NCBI GenBank assembly: GCA_965203575.1
Contig: OZ241894.1
Span: 2,956,322 to 3,020,321 of the forward strand
DNA: 64,000 nt
Direction of reading: 5' to 3'
DNA from: Candidatus Aldehydirespirator sp.
GTDB taxonomy: Bacteria; Actinomycetota; Acidimicrobiia; Acidimicrobiales; Aldehydirespiratoraceae
The translations under genes and the position numbers were made by a program. Below the pieces are notes generated by a model. The model was given only the letters and a program-made list of their open reading frames with translations. It did no database searches and had not been told where the DNA came from. Of this stretch, positions 16,627 through 25,346 are shown in pieces; position 1 is the stretch's first letter; every line of letters begins with the position of its first letter.

Positions 16627-18087
16627 ATGGCCGACGTCATGATGCCGCAGTTGGGAGAGACCGTCACCGATGGGACGATCACCCGATGGTTCAAGCAGGT
16701 AGGTGATGAGGTCGCCCTCGACGAGGCGCTCTTCGAGATCTCCACCGACAAGGTCGACACCGAGGTGCCGTCCCCGGTGGCGGGGGTGCTGTCGGAGATC
16801 CTCGCCAATGAGGGCGACCTTGTGGAGGTCGGGCAGGTCCTGGCCCGCGTCGGCGAGGCGGGAGACGCCCCGCCCTCCGAGCCGCCTGCGGCTGAGCCGG
16901 TGCAGGAAGTGGCCGAGCCGCCGTCTGCCCCCGACCCGCCGTCCGAAGTGGCCGAGCCGCCTGCGGCTGGGCCGGTGCAGGAAGTGGTGGAGCCGCCTGC
17001 CGCCCCCGACCCGCCGTCCGAAGCGGTTGAGACGCCAGCCGAGCCCGAGGAGCCGAAGTCCGCTGGAGCGTTCCGGGGGGCAGGGATCGTGCTGTCGCCG
17101 GTCGTGCGCCGCCTTATCAGCGAGAACAACCTCGATCCGTCCACGCTGACCGGCACCGGCCTCGGCGGCCGCATCACCCGGGCCGACGTCGAGCAGGCCA
17201 TAAGGGCCCGCGCCTCGAGCGAGGGCGAGACAGCCGCCGAGGCGACGCAGACCGCATCGGTGGCCCAAGCCGATGCGCCAGCGGAGCCCCAGCCCCGGCC
17301 GGATGCTCCTTCTGAGCCGAAGCCCTCGCCCCGGCGCCGGCGATCGGCCGTGCCCGCGGTTGTGGTCAGCAGCGGCGACAGCGTGGTGCCCCTCAACAAC
17401 ATCCGGCGGCGCACCGCGGAGCACATGGTGATGTCCAAGCAGACGTCGCCTCACGTCCTCACCGCCATAGAGGTCGACTACGAGGGCGTGGAGAAGGTCC
17501 GCCGGGCCGCCAAGCAGGCGTGGAAGGCGGAGGAGGGCTTCAGCCTCACCTACCTGCCCTTCATCGCCAGGGCCGTGATCGACGCCCTGCGCGACTATCC
17601 GCATCTCAATGCCAGCTTCGGAGGGGACGAGCTGGTGGTCCACGCCGGCGTCAATCTGGCCGTCGCAGTGGACATCGACTTCCAGGGGCTGCTGGCTCCC
17701 GTGATCCACGGTGCCGAGGGCAAGCGCCTCCGCCAGATCGCCCGGGACATCGTGGATCTGGCCAACCGGGCCCGCAGCCGCAAGCTCGGACCCGACGACC
17801 TGGCCGGGGGCACGTTCACCCTCACCAACGCCGGCCAGTACGGGACGATGATGCAGTTCCCGATCATCAACCAGCCCCAGGTGGCCATCCTGAGCACCGA
17901 TGGCGTGTCCCGCAAGCCGGTGGTGGTGACCGACACCTACGGCAACGAGTCGATCGCCATCCACTCGATGGGCGTGCTCGCCATGGCCTGGGACCACCGG
18001 GCGTTCGACGGCGCCTACGCCGCCGCGTTCCTCCACCGGACCAAGGAGATCATCGAGAGCCGCGACTGGGAGGCTGAGATCCGCTGA
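16627..18087 (+). CDS. Dihydrolipoamide acyltransferase (E2) with a single lipoyl domain
   Basis: 486-aa ORF with lipoyl-lysine motif EISTDKVDTEVPSP, a PSBD-like segment LSPVVRRLISENNLD and catalytic DHRAFDG. Confidence 0.9.
   Translation: MADVMMPQLGETVTDGTITRWFKQVGDEVALDEALFEISTDKVDTEVPSPVAGVLSEILANEGDLVEVGQVLARVGEAGDAPPSEPPAAEPVQEVAEPPSAPDPPSEVAEPPAAGPVQEVVEPPAAPDPPSEAVETPAEPEEPKSAGAFRGAGIVLSPVVRRLISENNLDPSTLTGTGLGGRITRADVEQAIRARASSEGETAAEATQTASVAQADAPAEPQPRPDAPSEPKPSPRRRRSAVPAVVVSSGDSVVPLNNIRRRTAEHMVMSKQTSPHVLTAIEVDYEGVEKVRRAAKQAWKAEEGFSLTYLPFIARAVIDALRDYPHLNASFGGDELVVHAGVNLAVAVDIDFQGLLAPVIHGAEGKRLRQIARDIVDLANRARSRKLGPDDLAGGTFTLTNAGQYGTMMQFPIINQPQVAILSTDGVSRKPVVVTDTYGNESIAIHSMGVLAMAWDHRAFDGAYAAAFLHRTKEIIESRDWEAEIR
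16879..17028 (+). repeat. 2 x 75-bp tandem duplication within the Pro/Ala-rich E2 linker
   Basis: Unit 1 at 16879..16953 and unit 2 at 16954..17028, encoding EPPAAEPVQEVAEPPSAPDPPSEVA and EPPAAGPVQEVVEPPAAPDPPSEAV. Confidence 0.85.
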
Positions 18088-18098
18088 GCTCGTCGCTG

Positions 18099-19832
18099 GT
18101 GGCCGCTGACCGGCCCGTGCTGCGGATCCGCTGGCTCGGCCGTGTGGCCTACAACGATGCCCTGGAACTCCAACGCCGCCTTCACGGCCACTCCGCCGAC
18201 GACCACCTTCTCCTGCTCGAGCATCCCCATGTGGTGACCCTGGGCCGCCGGGGCCGGCGCGAGCACCTGCTGGTCGACGTCGAAGCGCTGGGCGGCTCGG
18301 TGGTGGAGACCGACCGGGGTGGCGAGGTCACCTACCACGGGCCCGGGCAGCTGGTGGGCTATCCGATCCTCACCGTGCCCGGCCGGCGCGGCGGCGGGAT
18401 GGCGGACACCGCCGCCTACGTGGGCGGCGTGGAGCAGCTGTTGATCGACGTCCTGGCCGACATGGGACTGGAGGCGGGACGTCTCGAGCGTCACACCGGG
18501 GTGTGGGTCGACCCCGAGGGGCTGCGGCCCCGCAAGATCGCCGCCATCGGGGTGAGGCTGTCGCGGGCCCGCTCCATGCACGGCTTCGCGCTCAACGTCG
18601 ATCCCGACCTGGAGTGGTTCGCCCGGATCGTGCCCTGCGGGATCACCGGTCTGGGAGTGACCTCGCTGGCGGCTGAGGGCATCGACGTGTCGATGCGGGA
18701 AGTCGTGGACCTCGTGGCGCAGCGGGCTGCTGCGACATTGGGCCCGCACGGCCGCATCGACCGGGCTGATGTCGCCCACCGGGTGGCTCCTGCCGACATG
18801 GCCCAGTTCACCCGGGACGCGGCCAACGGCTCTGCTGATGCCGGCACGGCGACGGACGGCAGCCAAGCGGCCGGAGCCGCGGCCGAGGGAGTGTCGCTCC
18901 GCCTGCTGGGCCGCCTGGAGGCTGCCCGGCTGGACGGCGAGAGCCATGAGCCGGTGCCGCTGCGGTCACGCAAGCCGGAGTGGATGCGGGTGCCGCTCAG
19001 CACCGGGCCGACGTTCCACGAGGTCCGCTCCACGCTGCGCGGCCTCGACCTGGTGACGGTGTGCGAGGAAGCCGGATGCCCCAACATCTCGGAGTGCTGG
19101 AACGACGGCACTGCGACCTTCATGATCCTCGGCGAGCGCTGCACCCGGGCCTGCGGCTTCTGCCTGGTCGACACCCGCCGCCCCGGCCCTGTGGACACAG
19201 AAGAGCCGGAGCGAGTGGCCACCGCCGCGGTCCGGATGGGCCTCGAGCATGTAGTCGTGACGATGGTGGCCCGCGATGACCTGGTCGACGGGGGAGCGGC
19301 CGTCGTGGCGGAGACGGTGGCCGCGGTCCGGCGCCGCCTGCCCACCGCCCGTGTCGAGACGCTCATCAGCGACCTCGGCGGCGACGCCGACGCCCTCCAG
19401 ACCGTGTTCGATGCCCGTCCCGACGTGCTCAACCACAACATCGAGACCGTGGCCCGGCTGCAGCGGGCCGTGCGACCGTCGGCCGGCTATGCCCGCAGCC
19501 TGGCCGTGCTGGCCAGGGCCAAGGCAGCGGGACTGACCACCAAGTCGTCGATCATCGCGGGCATGGGCGAGACCCACGGCGAGGTGGTCCAGACCCTCGC
19601 CGACCTGCACGCAGCCGGAACCGACATCGTGACCATCGGCCAGTACCTGCGGCCCAGCGCCCGCCATCTGCCGGTTGATCGCTGGTGGCCGCCGGAGGCA
19701 TTCGAGCGGTGGAAGGAGATCGGCGAGTCGATGGGCATCAGCCATGTCGAGGCCTCGCCCCTGACCCGTTCCAGCTACCACGCCCGCCAAGCCGCCGACG
19801 CCGCCGTCGAGGCGAGCGCGGCACAAACCTAG
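18099..19832 (+). CDS. lipB/lipA: Fused octanoyltransferase LipB - lipoyl synthase LipA (single 577-aa ORF)
   Basis: GTG start 18099. LipB motifs RGGEVTYHGPGQLVGYP, KIAAIGV and IVPCGI. After a ~60-aa Ala/Gly-rich linker come LipA motifs RKPEWMRV, CEEAGCPNISECW and CTRACGFC (radical SAM). There is no stop codon between the two halves. Confidence 0.85.
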   Translation: MAADRPVLRIRWLGRVAYNDALELQRRLHGHSADDHLLLLEHPHVVTLGRRGRREHLLVDVEALGGSVVETDRGGEVTYHGPGQLVGYPILTVPGRRGGGMADTAAYVGGVEQLLIDVLADMGLEAGRLERHTGVWVDPEGLRPRKIAAIGVRLSRARSMHGFALNVDPDLEWFARIVPCGITGLGVTSLAAEGIDVSMREVVDLVAQRAAATLGPHGRIDRADVAHRVAPADMAQFTRDAANGSADAGTATDGSQAAGAAAEGVSLRLLGRLEAARLDGESHEPVPLRSRKPEWMRVPLSTGPTFHEVRSTLRGLDLVTVCEEAGCPNISECWNDGTATFMILGERCTRACGFCLVDTRRPGPVDTEEPERVATAAVRMGLEHVVVTMVARDDLVDGGAAVVAETVAAVRRRLPTARVETLISDLGGDADALQTVFDARPDVLNHNIETVARLQRAVRPSAGYARSLAVLARAKAAGLTTKSSIIAGMGETHGEVVQTLADLHAAGTDIVTIGQYLRPSARHLPVDRWWPPEAFERWKEIGESMGISHVEASPLTRSSYHARQAADAAVEASAAQT

Positions 19833-19842
19833 GCTTACGGCC

Positions 19843-20946
19843 ATGTTCGCCAGTCGGCTGGGCAGGGCACGGGAACTGATGGCCGAGCAGGGCGTGGACG
19901 TGCTGATGCTCTCGGTGGGTGCAGACCTGCCGTACTTCTGCGGCTACGAGGCCATGCCGCTGGAGCGTCTCACCATGCTGGTCGTGCCCCGCGACACCGG
20001 GGCCACCCTGGTCGTGCCCCGGATGGAGGCGCCGCGGGTGGTGGACCGTCCCGAAGTGTTCGGGATGAGGCCCTGGGACGAGACCGAGGACCCGGTGGCC
20101 ATCGTGGCCAGCCTGGCCGGACCGGCGTCCGTGGCCGCAGTCGGGGACCACATGTGGTCCCGGTTCCTGGTGGAGTTGATGACGGCCATGCCGGGCGCGG
20201 CCTGGAGGCGCGGCTCGGATGTCACTGCTCCGATCCGCTCCGTGAAGACTGCCGATGAGATCGAGCGCCTGCGAGCCGCAGGAGCCGCGGTGGACAGGAT
20301 CGCAGGCCGGCTCCAGCGGGGCGAGATCGAGCTGGTGGGGCGGACCGAAGCCGAGGTCTCGACCGAGTTGGGCCGCCAGATAGTGGCTGAGGGCCATGAC
20401 CGGGTGAACTTCGCCATCGTGGCTGCCGGCGCCAACGCGGCCAGCCCGCACCACGAGCCCGGACCGAGAGTGATCGGCACCGACGAGGTCGTGCTGTGCG
20501 ACTTCGGCGGCACGATGGTGGGCGACGACGGCGTGGGGTACTGCTCCGACATCACCCGCTGCGTGTACACCGGCGAGCCGCCGCTGGAGTTCGTCGAACT
20601 CTACGACGTGCTGTTCGAGGCACAGGCCGCTGGCGTGGGCGCAGTAGCGGTGGGCACCCCGGCCCAGGATGTGGACCGGGCGGCGCGCTCGATCATCGCC
20701 GCGGCGGGGTACGGCGAGTATTTCGTGCACCGCACCGGCCACGGGATCGGGACCGAGGCCCACGAGGACCCCTACATCGTGGAGGGCAACGCCCGGCCGC
20801 TGGCGGCCGGCAACGCCTTCTCGGTGGAGCCGGGGATCTACGTGCCCGGCTGGTGGGGGGCCCGCCTGGAGGACATCGTGGCCGCGTCGCCGGCCGGCCC
20901 CGACCCCCTCAACCGCGCCGACCACAACTTGGCCGTCGTCGCCTGA
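19843..20946 (+). CDS. M24-family Xaa-Pro dipeptidase/aminopeptidase
   Basis: 367-aa ORF with a creatinase-like N-terminal domain. Metal ligand motifs DFGG, HRTGHGIG, VEPGIY and ARLED. Confidence 0.85.
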   Translation: MFASRLGRARELMAEQGVDVLMLSVGADLPYFCGYEAMPLERLTMLVVPRDTGATLVVPRMEAPRVVDRPEVFGMRPWDETEDPVAIVASLAGPASVAAVGDHMWSRFLVELMTAMPGAAWRRGSDVTAPIRSVKTADEIERLRAAGAAVDRIAGRLQRGEIELVGRTEAEVSTELGRQIVAEGHDRVNFAIVAAGANAASPHHEPGPRVIGTDEVVLCDFGGTMVGDDGVGYCSDITRCVYTGEPPLEFVELYDVLFEAQAAGVGAVAVGTPAQDVDRAARSIIAAAGYGEYFVHRTGHGIGTEAHEDPYIVEGNARPLAAGNAFSVEPGIYVPGWWGARLEDIVAASPAGPDPLNRADHNLAVVA

Positions 20947-20965
20947 CCGCGCCGCGGAGCCTCTG

Positions 20966-21820
20966 ATGGTCGAACTCGACGCCGCCACGCTGCTGGTCGG
21001 CTGGGCCGCCGGCGGGTGGTTCTTCCTGTGGGTGACCACCCGCCGCCGCGAGGTCGGGCTCGGATACGGATGGCTGATGCGGGGAGTGTTCCTGGCGCTG
21101 GCCACCGGCTCTCTGGTCACCGCGCTGTTGGCCGAGCCGACCTGGAGCCGCGAGGCGGCCACCATGGTCTTCGTCTGCGTCGGGCTGATCGCGGGAGCGG
21201 TCTCGGTGGCGCGCCGGTCGGCGGGCGTGGCCGGCCAGCGGGCCCAGGTTGCCCGTCGATCGGCCCGGGTGGCGGAGATGACCGGCATCGACCGGGCAGA
21301 GACCCGCTTCGATCCCGATGCGCCCGAGTTCCCTCCTGTGCTGGATCTGGTCGCGGCGGCGGCCGGCCTGCTCGCCGTCCTGCTGGGGGCGTTGGCGGCC
21401 GGGGGTCCGGCGGGGCTGGCCGTGGCCCGAACCCTGGTGGGGGCTCTGTTCATCGGGGCCGTGGTCGACGCCATGCTGCTGGGCCACTGGTATCTGGTGC
21501 AGCCCGGCCTGGCCCGCGGGCCGCTGCTGGAGATGCTGCGGGCCGCGGCCGTGCTGTGGCTGCCCGAGACGGTGGTGATGCTGTGGCCCACCGGCATGGT
21601 GTCGGTGCTGAACGGAACCATCGACGACGGCTACAACGGCCTGCTCGGCTGGTTCTGGGTTGCCAGCGCGGTCATGACCATCCTGCTGGTGGTGGTGGCC
21701 AGGGCCGCCCTGCGCGAGCGCCAGTACTCGGCCGTGATGGCGGCCACCGGTCTCGTCTACCTGGCCATAGTCACCGCCTTCGGCCAGGACCTGGTGGCCC
21801 GCATCCTCTTGACACCCTAA
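20966..21820 (+). CDS. Integral membrane protein of unknown function
   Basis: ORF 20669..21820(+) trimmed to ATG 20966 (MVELDAATLLVGWAAGGWFF...). Several predicted TM helices and no recognisable motif. Confidence 0.5.
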   Translation: MVELDAATLLVGWAAGGWFFLWVTTRRREVGLGYGWLMRGVFLALATGSLVTALLAEPTWSREAATMVFVCVGLIAGAVSVARRSAGVAGQRAQVARRSARVAEMTGIDRAETRFDPDAPEFPPVLDLVAAAAGLLAVLLGALAAGGPAGLAVARTLVGALFIGAVVDAMLLGHWYLVQPGLARGPLLEMLRAAAVLWLPETVVMLWPTGMVSVLNGTIDDGYNGLLGWFWVASAVMTILLVVVARAALRERQYSAVMAATGLVYLAIVTAFGQDLVARILLTP

Positions 21821-21897
21821 ACTGATTCAGGCGGTGCGGAGGCCTGCGCGCCGAGTCCTGGCTACGCCGGGCTCGGGCCGATGCGAGGAGGCCGACA

Positions 21898-22773
21898 GTG
21901 CCGAGAGTGATCTGGAAGGGATCGATCAGCTTCGGACTGGTCACGATTCCCGTGCAGCTCTTCAGCGCGGTGAGCCGCAAGAACGTGCGCTTCAACCAGC
22001 TCGACGCCGAGACGGGGGCCCGGGTGCGCCACAAGAGGGTGTCGTCGGCCGACGGGTCGGAACTGCCGCCCGAGCGGATCGTCAAGGGCTACGAGCTGCC
22101 TTCGGGCGACTATGTCACGGTCACCGACCGCGAGCTGGAGGAGCTGGCCCCGGTCGCGGTCCGCACCATCGACATCGACGCCTTCGTCGACCTCGCCGAC
22201 ATAGATCCCGTCTTCTACGACAGCGCCTACCACCTCGTTCCCGACGAGGCCGCGGCCAAGCCCTACAAGCTGCTGGCCGAGGCCATGGACGAGGCCGACA
22301 AGGTGGCGGTCTGCCACTTCGTGATGCGCTGGAAGCAGTACCTGGCCGCCGTCCGTCCCGTCGACGGGCGGCTGATGCTGTCGACCATGGTGTACGCCGA
22401 CGAGCTGGTGGCACCGGACGAGATCGACGGCCTTGACGGCCTCGGAGACATTGAGGTCGATGAGCGGGAGACGGCCATGGCCCACCAGCTCATCGTCGCC
22501 CTCGAGGCCGATTTCGAGCCCGACCGCTACACCGACTCCTACCGGGAGGCGGTGCTGGAGCTGATCGAGCGCAAGGCCTCCGGCGACACCACGGCCACGG
22601 TGGCCGCGGCGGCTCCGACCTCGGACACGGTCGTGGACCTGATGGCCGCGCTGGAGGCCTCGGTGGCGGCGGCCAAGGAGGCCCGCAAGCGTCACCCCAC
22701 CGGGGGCAAGGCCGCCGCGGAGCCGGAGGCGAAGCCCGAGGAACCGGCGAGGAAGATCCGCAAGTCGGCTTGA
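21898..22773 (+). CDS. ku: NHEJ DNA end-binding protein Ku
   Basis: 291-aa ORF. N-terminus VIWKGSISFGLVTIPVQLFSA is the hallmark of bacterial Ku. Basic C-terminal tail. Confidence 0.92.
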   Translation: MPRVIWKGSISFGLVTIPVQLFSAVSRKNVRFNQLDAETGARVRHKRVSSADGSELPPERIVKGYELPSGDYVTVTDRELEELAPVAVRTIDIDAFVDLADIDPVFYDSAYHLVPDEAAAKPYKLLAEAMDEADKVAVCHFVMRWKQYLAAVRPVDGRLMLSTMVYADELVAPDEIDGLDGLGDIEVDERETAMAHQLIVALEADFEPDRYTDSYREAVLELIERKASGDTTATVAAAAPTSDTVVDLMAALEASVAAAKEARKRHPTGGKAAAEPEAKPEEPARKIRKSA

Positions 22774-22810
22774 GAGGTCGAGCGGGGCGGGTCGCGGTTC
22801 GGGCGGATCA

Positions 22811-23728
22811 GTGAGCGCACCCGAGCGCGTGGCCGTCACCATCGATGGGCGCCGGCTGTCGGTCAGCAACCTCGACAAGGTCATGTACCCGCTGACCGGG
22901 TTCACCAAGGCGCAGGTGATCGACTACTACGTTCGGGTCGCGCCGGTGATGCTTCCCCATGTCGGCGACCGGGGTGTGACCCTGCGGCGCTGGCCCGACG
23001 GCGTGACCGCCGAATCGTTCTTCGAGAAGCGCTGCCCGAAGCACCGGCCCGACTGGGTTCCCACGTGCCGTGGCCCCGGCGACAGGGGAGGGCCGATCGA
23101 GTACTGCCGGCTCGACTCGGTGGCTGCGCTGGCCTGGTCGGCCAACCTGGCCGCGCTGGAGATCCACGCCCCGATGGCTCGCTGCGGCGACCTCGACGCT
23201 CCCACCATGGTCGTGTTCGACCTCGACCCGGGCAAGCCGGCCACGATCGTCGAGTGCTGCCAGGTGGCCCTTCATGTCCGCGACGTCCTGGAGTCGGTCG
23301 GGCTGGCGGGATGGCCCAAGACGTCGGGCAGCAAGGGGATGCAGCTCTACGTGCCTCTCAACCGGCCCCACTCCCACGACCACGCAGCCGGGTTCGCCCT
23401 GGCCGTGGCCCAGCTGCTGGAGAAGCGACTGCCGGCTCTGGTGGTGTCGGTGATGAAGCGCAGCCTGCGGCCTCGGAAGGTGTTCATCGACTGGAGCCAG
23501 AACGCCCGCTTCAAGACCACCATCGCCCCCTACTCGCTGAGGGGCCTGGATCGTCCCACCGTCTCCACGCCGATCACCTGGGACGAGGTGTCCGACGGCG
23601 CCGACGGGGAGCCGCTGACGTTCACTGCCCCCGAAGTGCTGGACCGTGTCGAGCAGTTCGGCGACCTGTTCGCCCCCACGCTCACGGTCGAACAGGACCT
23701 CCCCGCCCCGTCGCCTTCCTCCAGCTAG
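22811..23728 (+). CDS. ligD: Stand-alone LigD polymerase/primase domain protein (NHEJ)
   Basis: 305-aa ORF with LSNLDKVMYP, motif TSGSKGMQLYVPL and IDWSQN. No ligase or phosphoesterase domain is present in this ORF. Confidence 0.85.
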   Translation: MSAPERVAVTIDGRRLSVSNLDKVMYPLTGFTKAQVIDYYVRVAPVMLPHVGDRGVTLRRWPDGVTAESFFEKRCPKHRPDWVPTCRGPGDRGGPIEYCRLDSVAALAWSANLAALEIHAPMARCGDLDAPTMVVFDLDPGKPATIVECCQVALHVRDVLESVGLAGWPKTSGSKGMQLYVPLNRPHSHDHAAGFALAVAQLLEKRLPALVVSVMKRSLRPRKVFIDWSQNARFKTTIAPYSLRGLDRPTVSTPITWDEVSDGADGEPLTFTAPEVLDRVEQFGDLFAPTLTVEQDLPAPSPSSS

Positions 23729-23748
23729 GCGCCAGTTAGCCTGACCGG

Positions 23749-25215
23749 ATGCCGATCACAGTCCATGCAGTCCGTTCAGTGCCCAAGGCGGCCACCACCA
23801 GCGTTTCTCTTGTCACCGCCGAGGATGTCGAAACCGGTGTAGACGGCTTCGACGGCGCGGTGCTGGACACCGCCGGATTCGCGGGCAAGGCCGATCAGGT
23901 CTACCTGCAGCCCGTCGACGGTGGTTTCGTCGGGCTGGCCGGCCTTGGTCCGGCCGCGAACGTGACGGAGGCCACCATCCGCCGGGCCGGAGCGGCGCTG
24001 GCCCGCTCGTGCTCCCGCCACTCCAGGGTGGCGGTCCGGCCGGCCGACGGCATCGATGTGGCATCCGGCCCGGCCCGCCAGGCCCTGGCCGAGGGCGTGG
24101 TCCTCGGCAACTACAGCTTCACCAGCTACAAGTCGGCCGCGGGCAACAGCGACGGAGAAGGCAGCCGGCCCAAGCTGGCCCGGGTAGACGTGGTGGGCAG
24201 CACGTCGGCTGCGGCCAAGGACGCGCTGGCCCGCGGCTCGGCCATCGCGGCCGGCGTGTGCGTGGCCCGCGACCTGTCCAACGAGCCCGGCGGCTCGCTG
24301 ACGGCCCCGGTATTCGCCGACAGGGCTGAGGCCATAGCCGGCGAGGCCGGGCTGCAGTCGACGGTCTGGACCGGGGACGACATCAAGAAGGAGCGCCTCG
24401 GGGGACTCCTCGGCGTCAACCGGGGCAGCACGAATCCGCCGCGCTACGTGGAGCTGACCTACGAGCCCGAGGGCGACCCGGCCGCCACGCTGGCCTTCGT
24501 GGGCAAGGGGATCACCTTCGACGCCGGGGGCCTGTCCATCAAGACCGCGCAGGGAATGATGGCCATGAAGATGGACATGTGCGGGGCCGCGGCCATCATC
24601 GGGGCCATGTCGGTGCTGCCCGCAGTCGGCGCGCCGGTCAGGGTCAAGGGGTACCTGCCCATGACCGACAACATGCTCGGCGGCGACGCCACCCGGCCGG
24701 GCGATGTGCTCACGATCCGCAACGGCAAGACCATCGAGGTGCTCAACACCGACGCCGAGGGGCGGCTGATCCTGGCCGACGCCCTTTCGCTGGCGTGTGA
24801 GGACGAGCCCGACGCCATTGTCGATCTGGCCACCCTCACCGGTGCCTGCATGGTGGCGTTGGGACCGTCGATAGCCGGCCTGATGGGCAACGACGAGCCG
24901 CTGATCGACGACGTGCGGGCCGCCGCGGGCCGCGCCGGGGAGCGGGTGTGGCCGCTGCCGCTGCCGGCCGACTACGCCAAGCAGTTCGACTCCAACGTGG
25001 CCGACATGAAGAACATCGGCGGCAACTACGGGGGCGCGCTGACCGCGGGGCTGATCCTGCAGCAGTTCGTGGCCGACGGGATTCCCTGGGTCCACCTCGA
25101 CATCGCCGGGCCGGCCCGGGCCGAGTCCGACGACGGCGAGGTCTCCAAGGGCGGCACCGGCTTCGGCGTGCGCACCCTGGTCGAGTTGGCCTTGTCGTTC
25201 AGGGCGTCCGACTAG
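23749..25215 (+). CDS. pepA: Leucyl aminopeptidase (M17)
   Basis: 488-aa ORF with signature NTDAEGRLILADAL and GKGITFDAGG. Confidence 0.9.
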   Translation: MPITVHAVRSVPKAATTSVSLVTAEDVETGVDGFDGAVLDTAGFAGKADQVYLQPVDGGFVGLAGLGPAANVTEATIRRAGAALARSCSRHSRVAVRPADGIDVASGPARQALAEGVVLGNYSFTSYKSAAGNSDGEGSRPKLARVDVVGSTSAAAKDALARGSAIAAGVCVARDLSNEPGGSLTAPVFADRAEAIAGEAGLQSTVWTGDDIKKERLGGLLGVNRGSTNPPRYVELTYEPEGDPAATLAFVGKGITFDAGGLSIKTAQGMMAMKMDMCGAAAIIGAMSVLPAVGAPVRVKGYLPMTDNMLGGDATRPGDVLTIRNGKTIEVLNTDAEGRLILADALSLACEDEPDAIVDLATLTGACMVALGPSIAGLMGNDEPLIDDVRAAAGRAGERVWPLPLPADYAKQFDSNVADMKNIGGNYGGALTAGLILQQFVADGIPWVHLDIAGPARAESDDGEVSKGGTGFGVRTLVELALSFRASD

Positions 25216-25241
25216 GCCGATTCGCGTCGTACGGTGTGATA

Positions 25242-25346
25242 CCCGCTCTTGTTCGCTGCGACCTGAGGGCCGCTCGGGCCGTGCCGCCGCTCTTGTTCGC
25301 TGCGCTCACGGGCCGCTTTGGCCCAGGGGCCTCGCAAGCTCGGCCT
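25242..25346 (+). repeat. REP-like intergenic element, two tandem copies (short form + long form)
   Basis: Core CCCGCTCTTGTTCGCTGCG(C/A)(T/C)C(A/T)(C/G)(G/A)GGCCGCT(C/T)(G/T)GGCC at 25242..25280 and 25285..25323. The second copy extends ...CAGGGGCCTCGCAAGCTCGGCC. The same element occurs at 28061, 50930 and 60925/60969. Confidence 0.85.
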
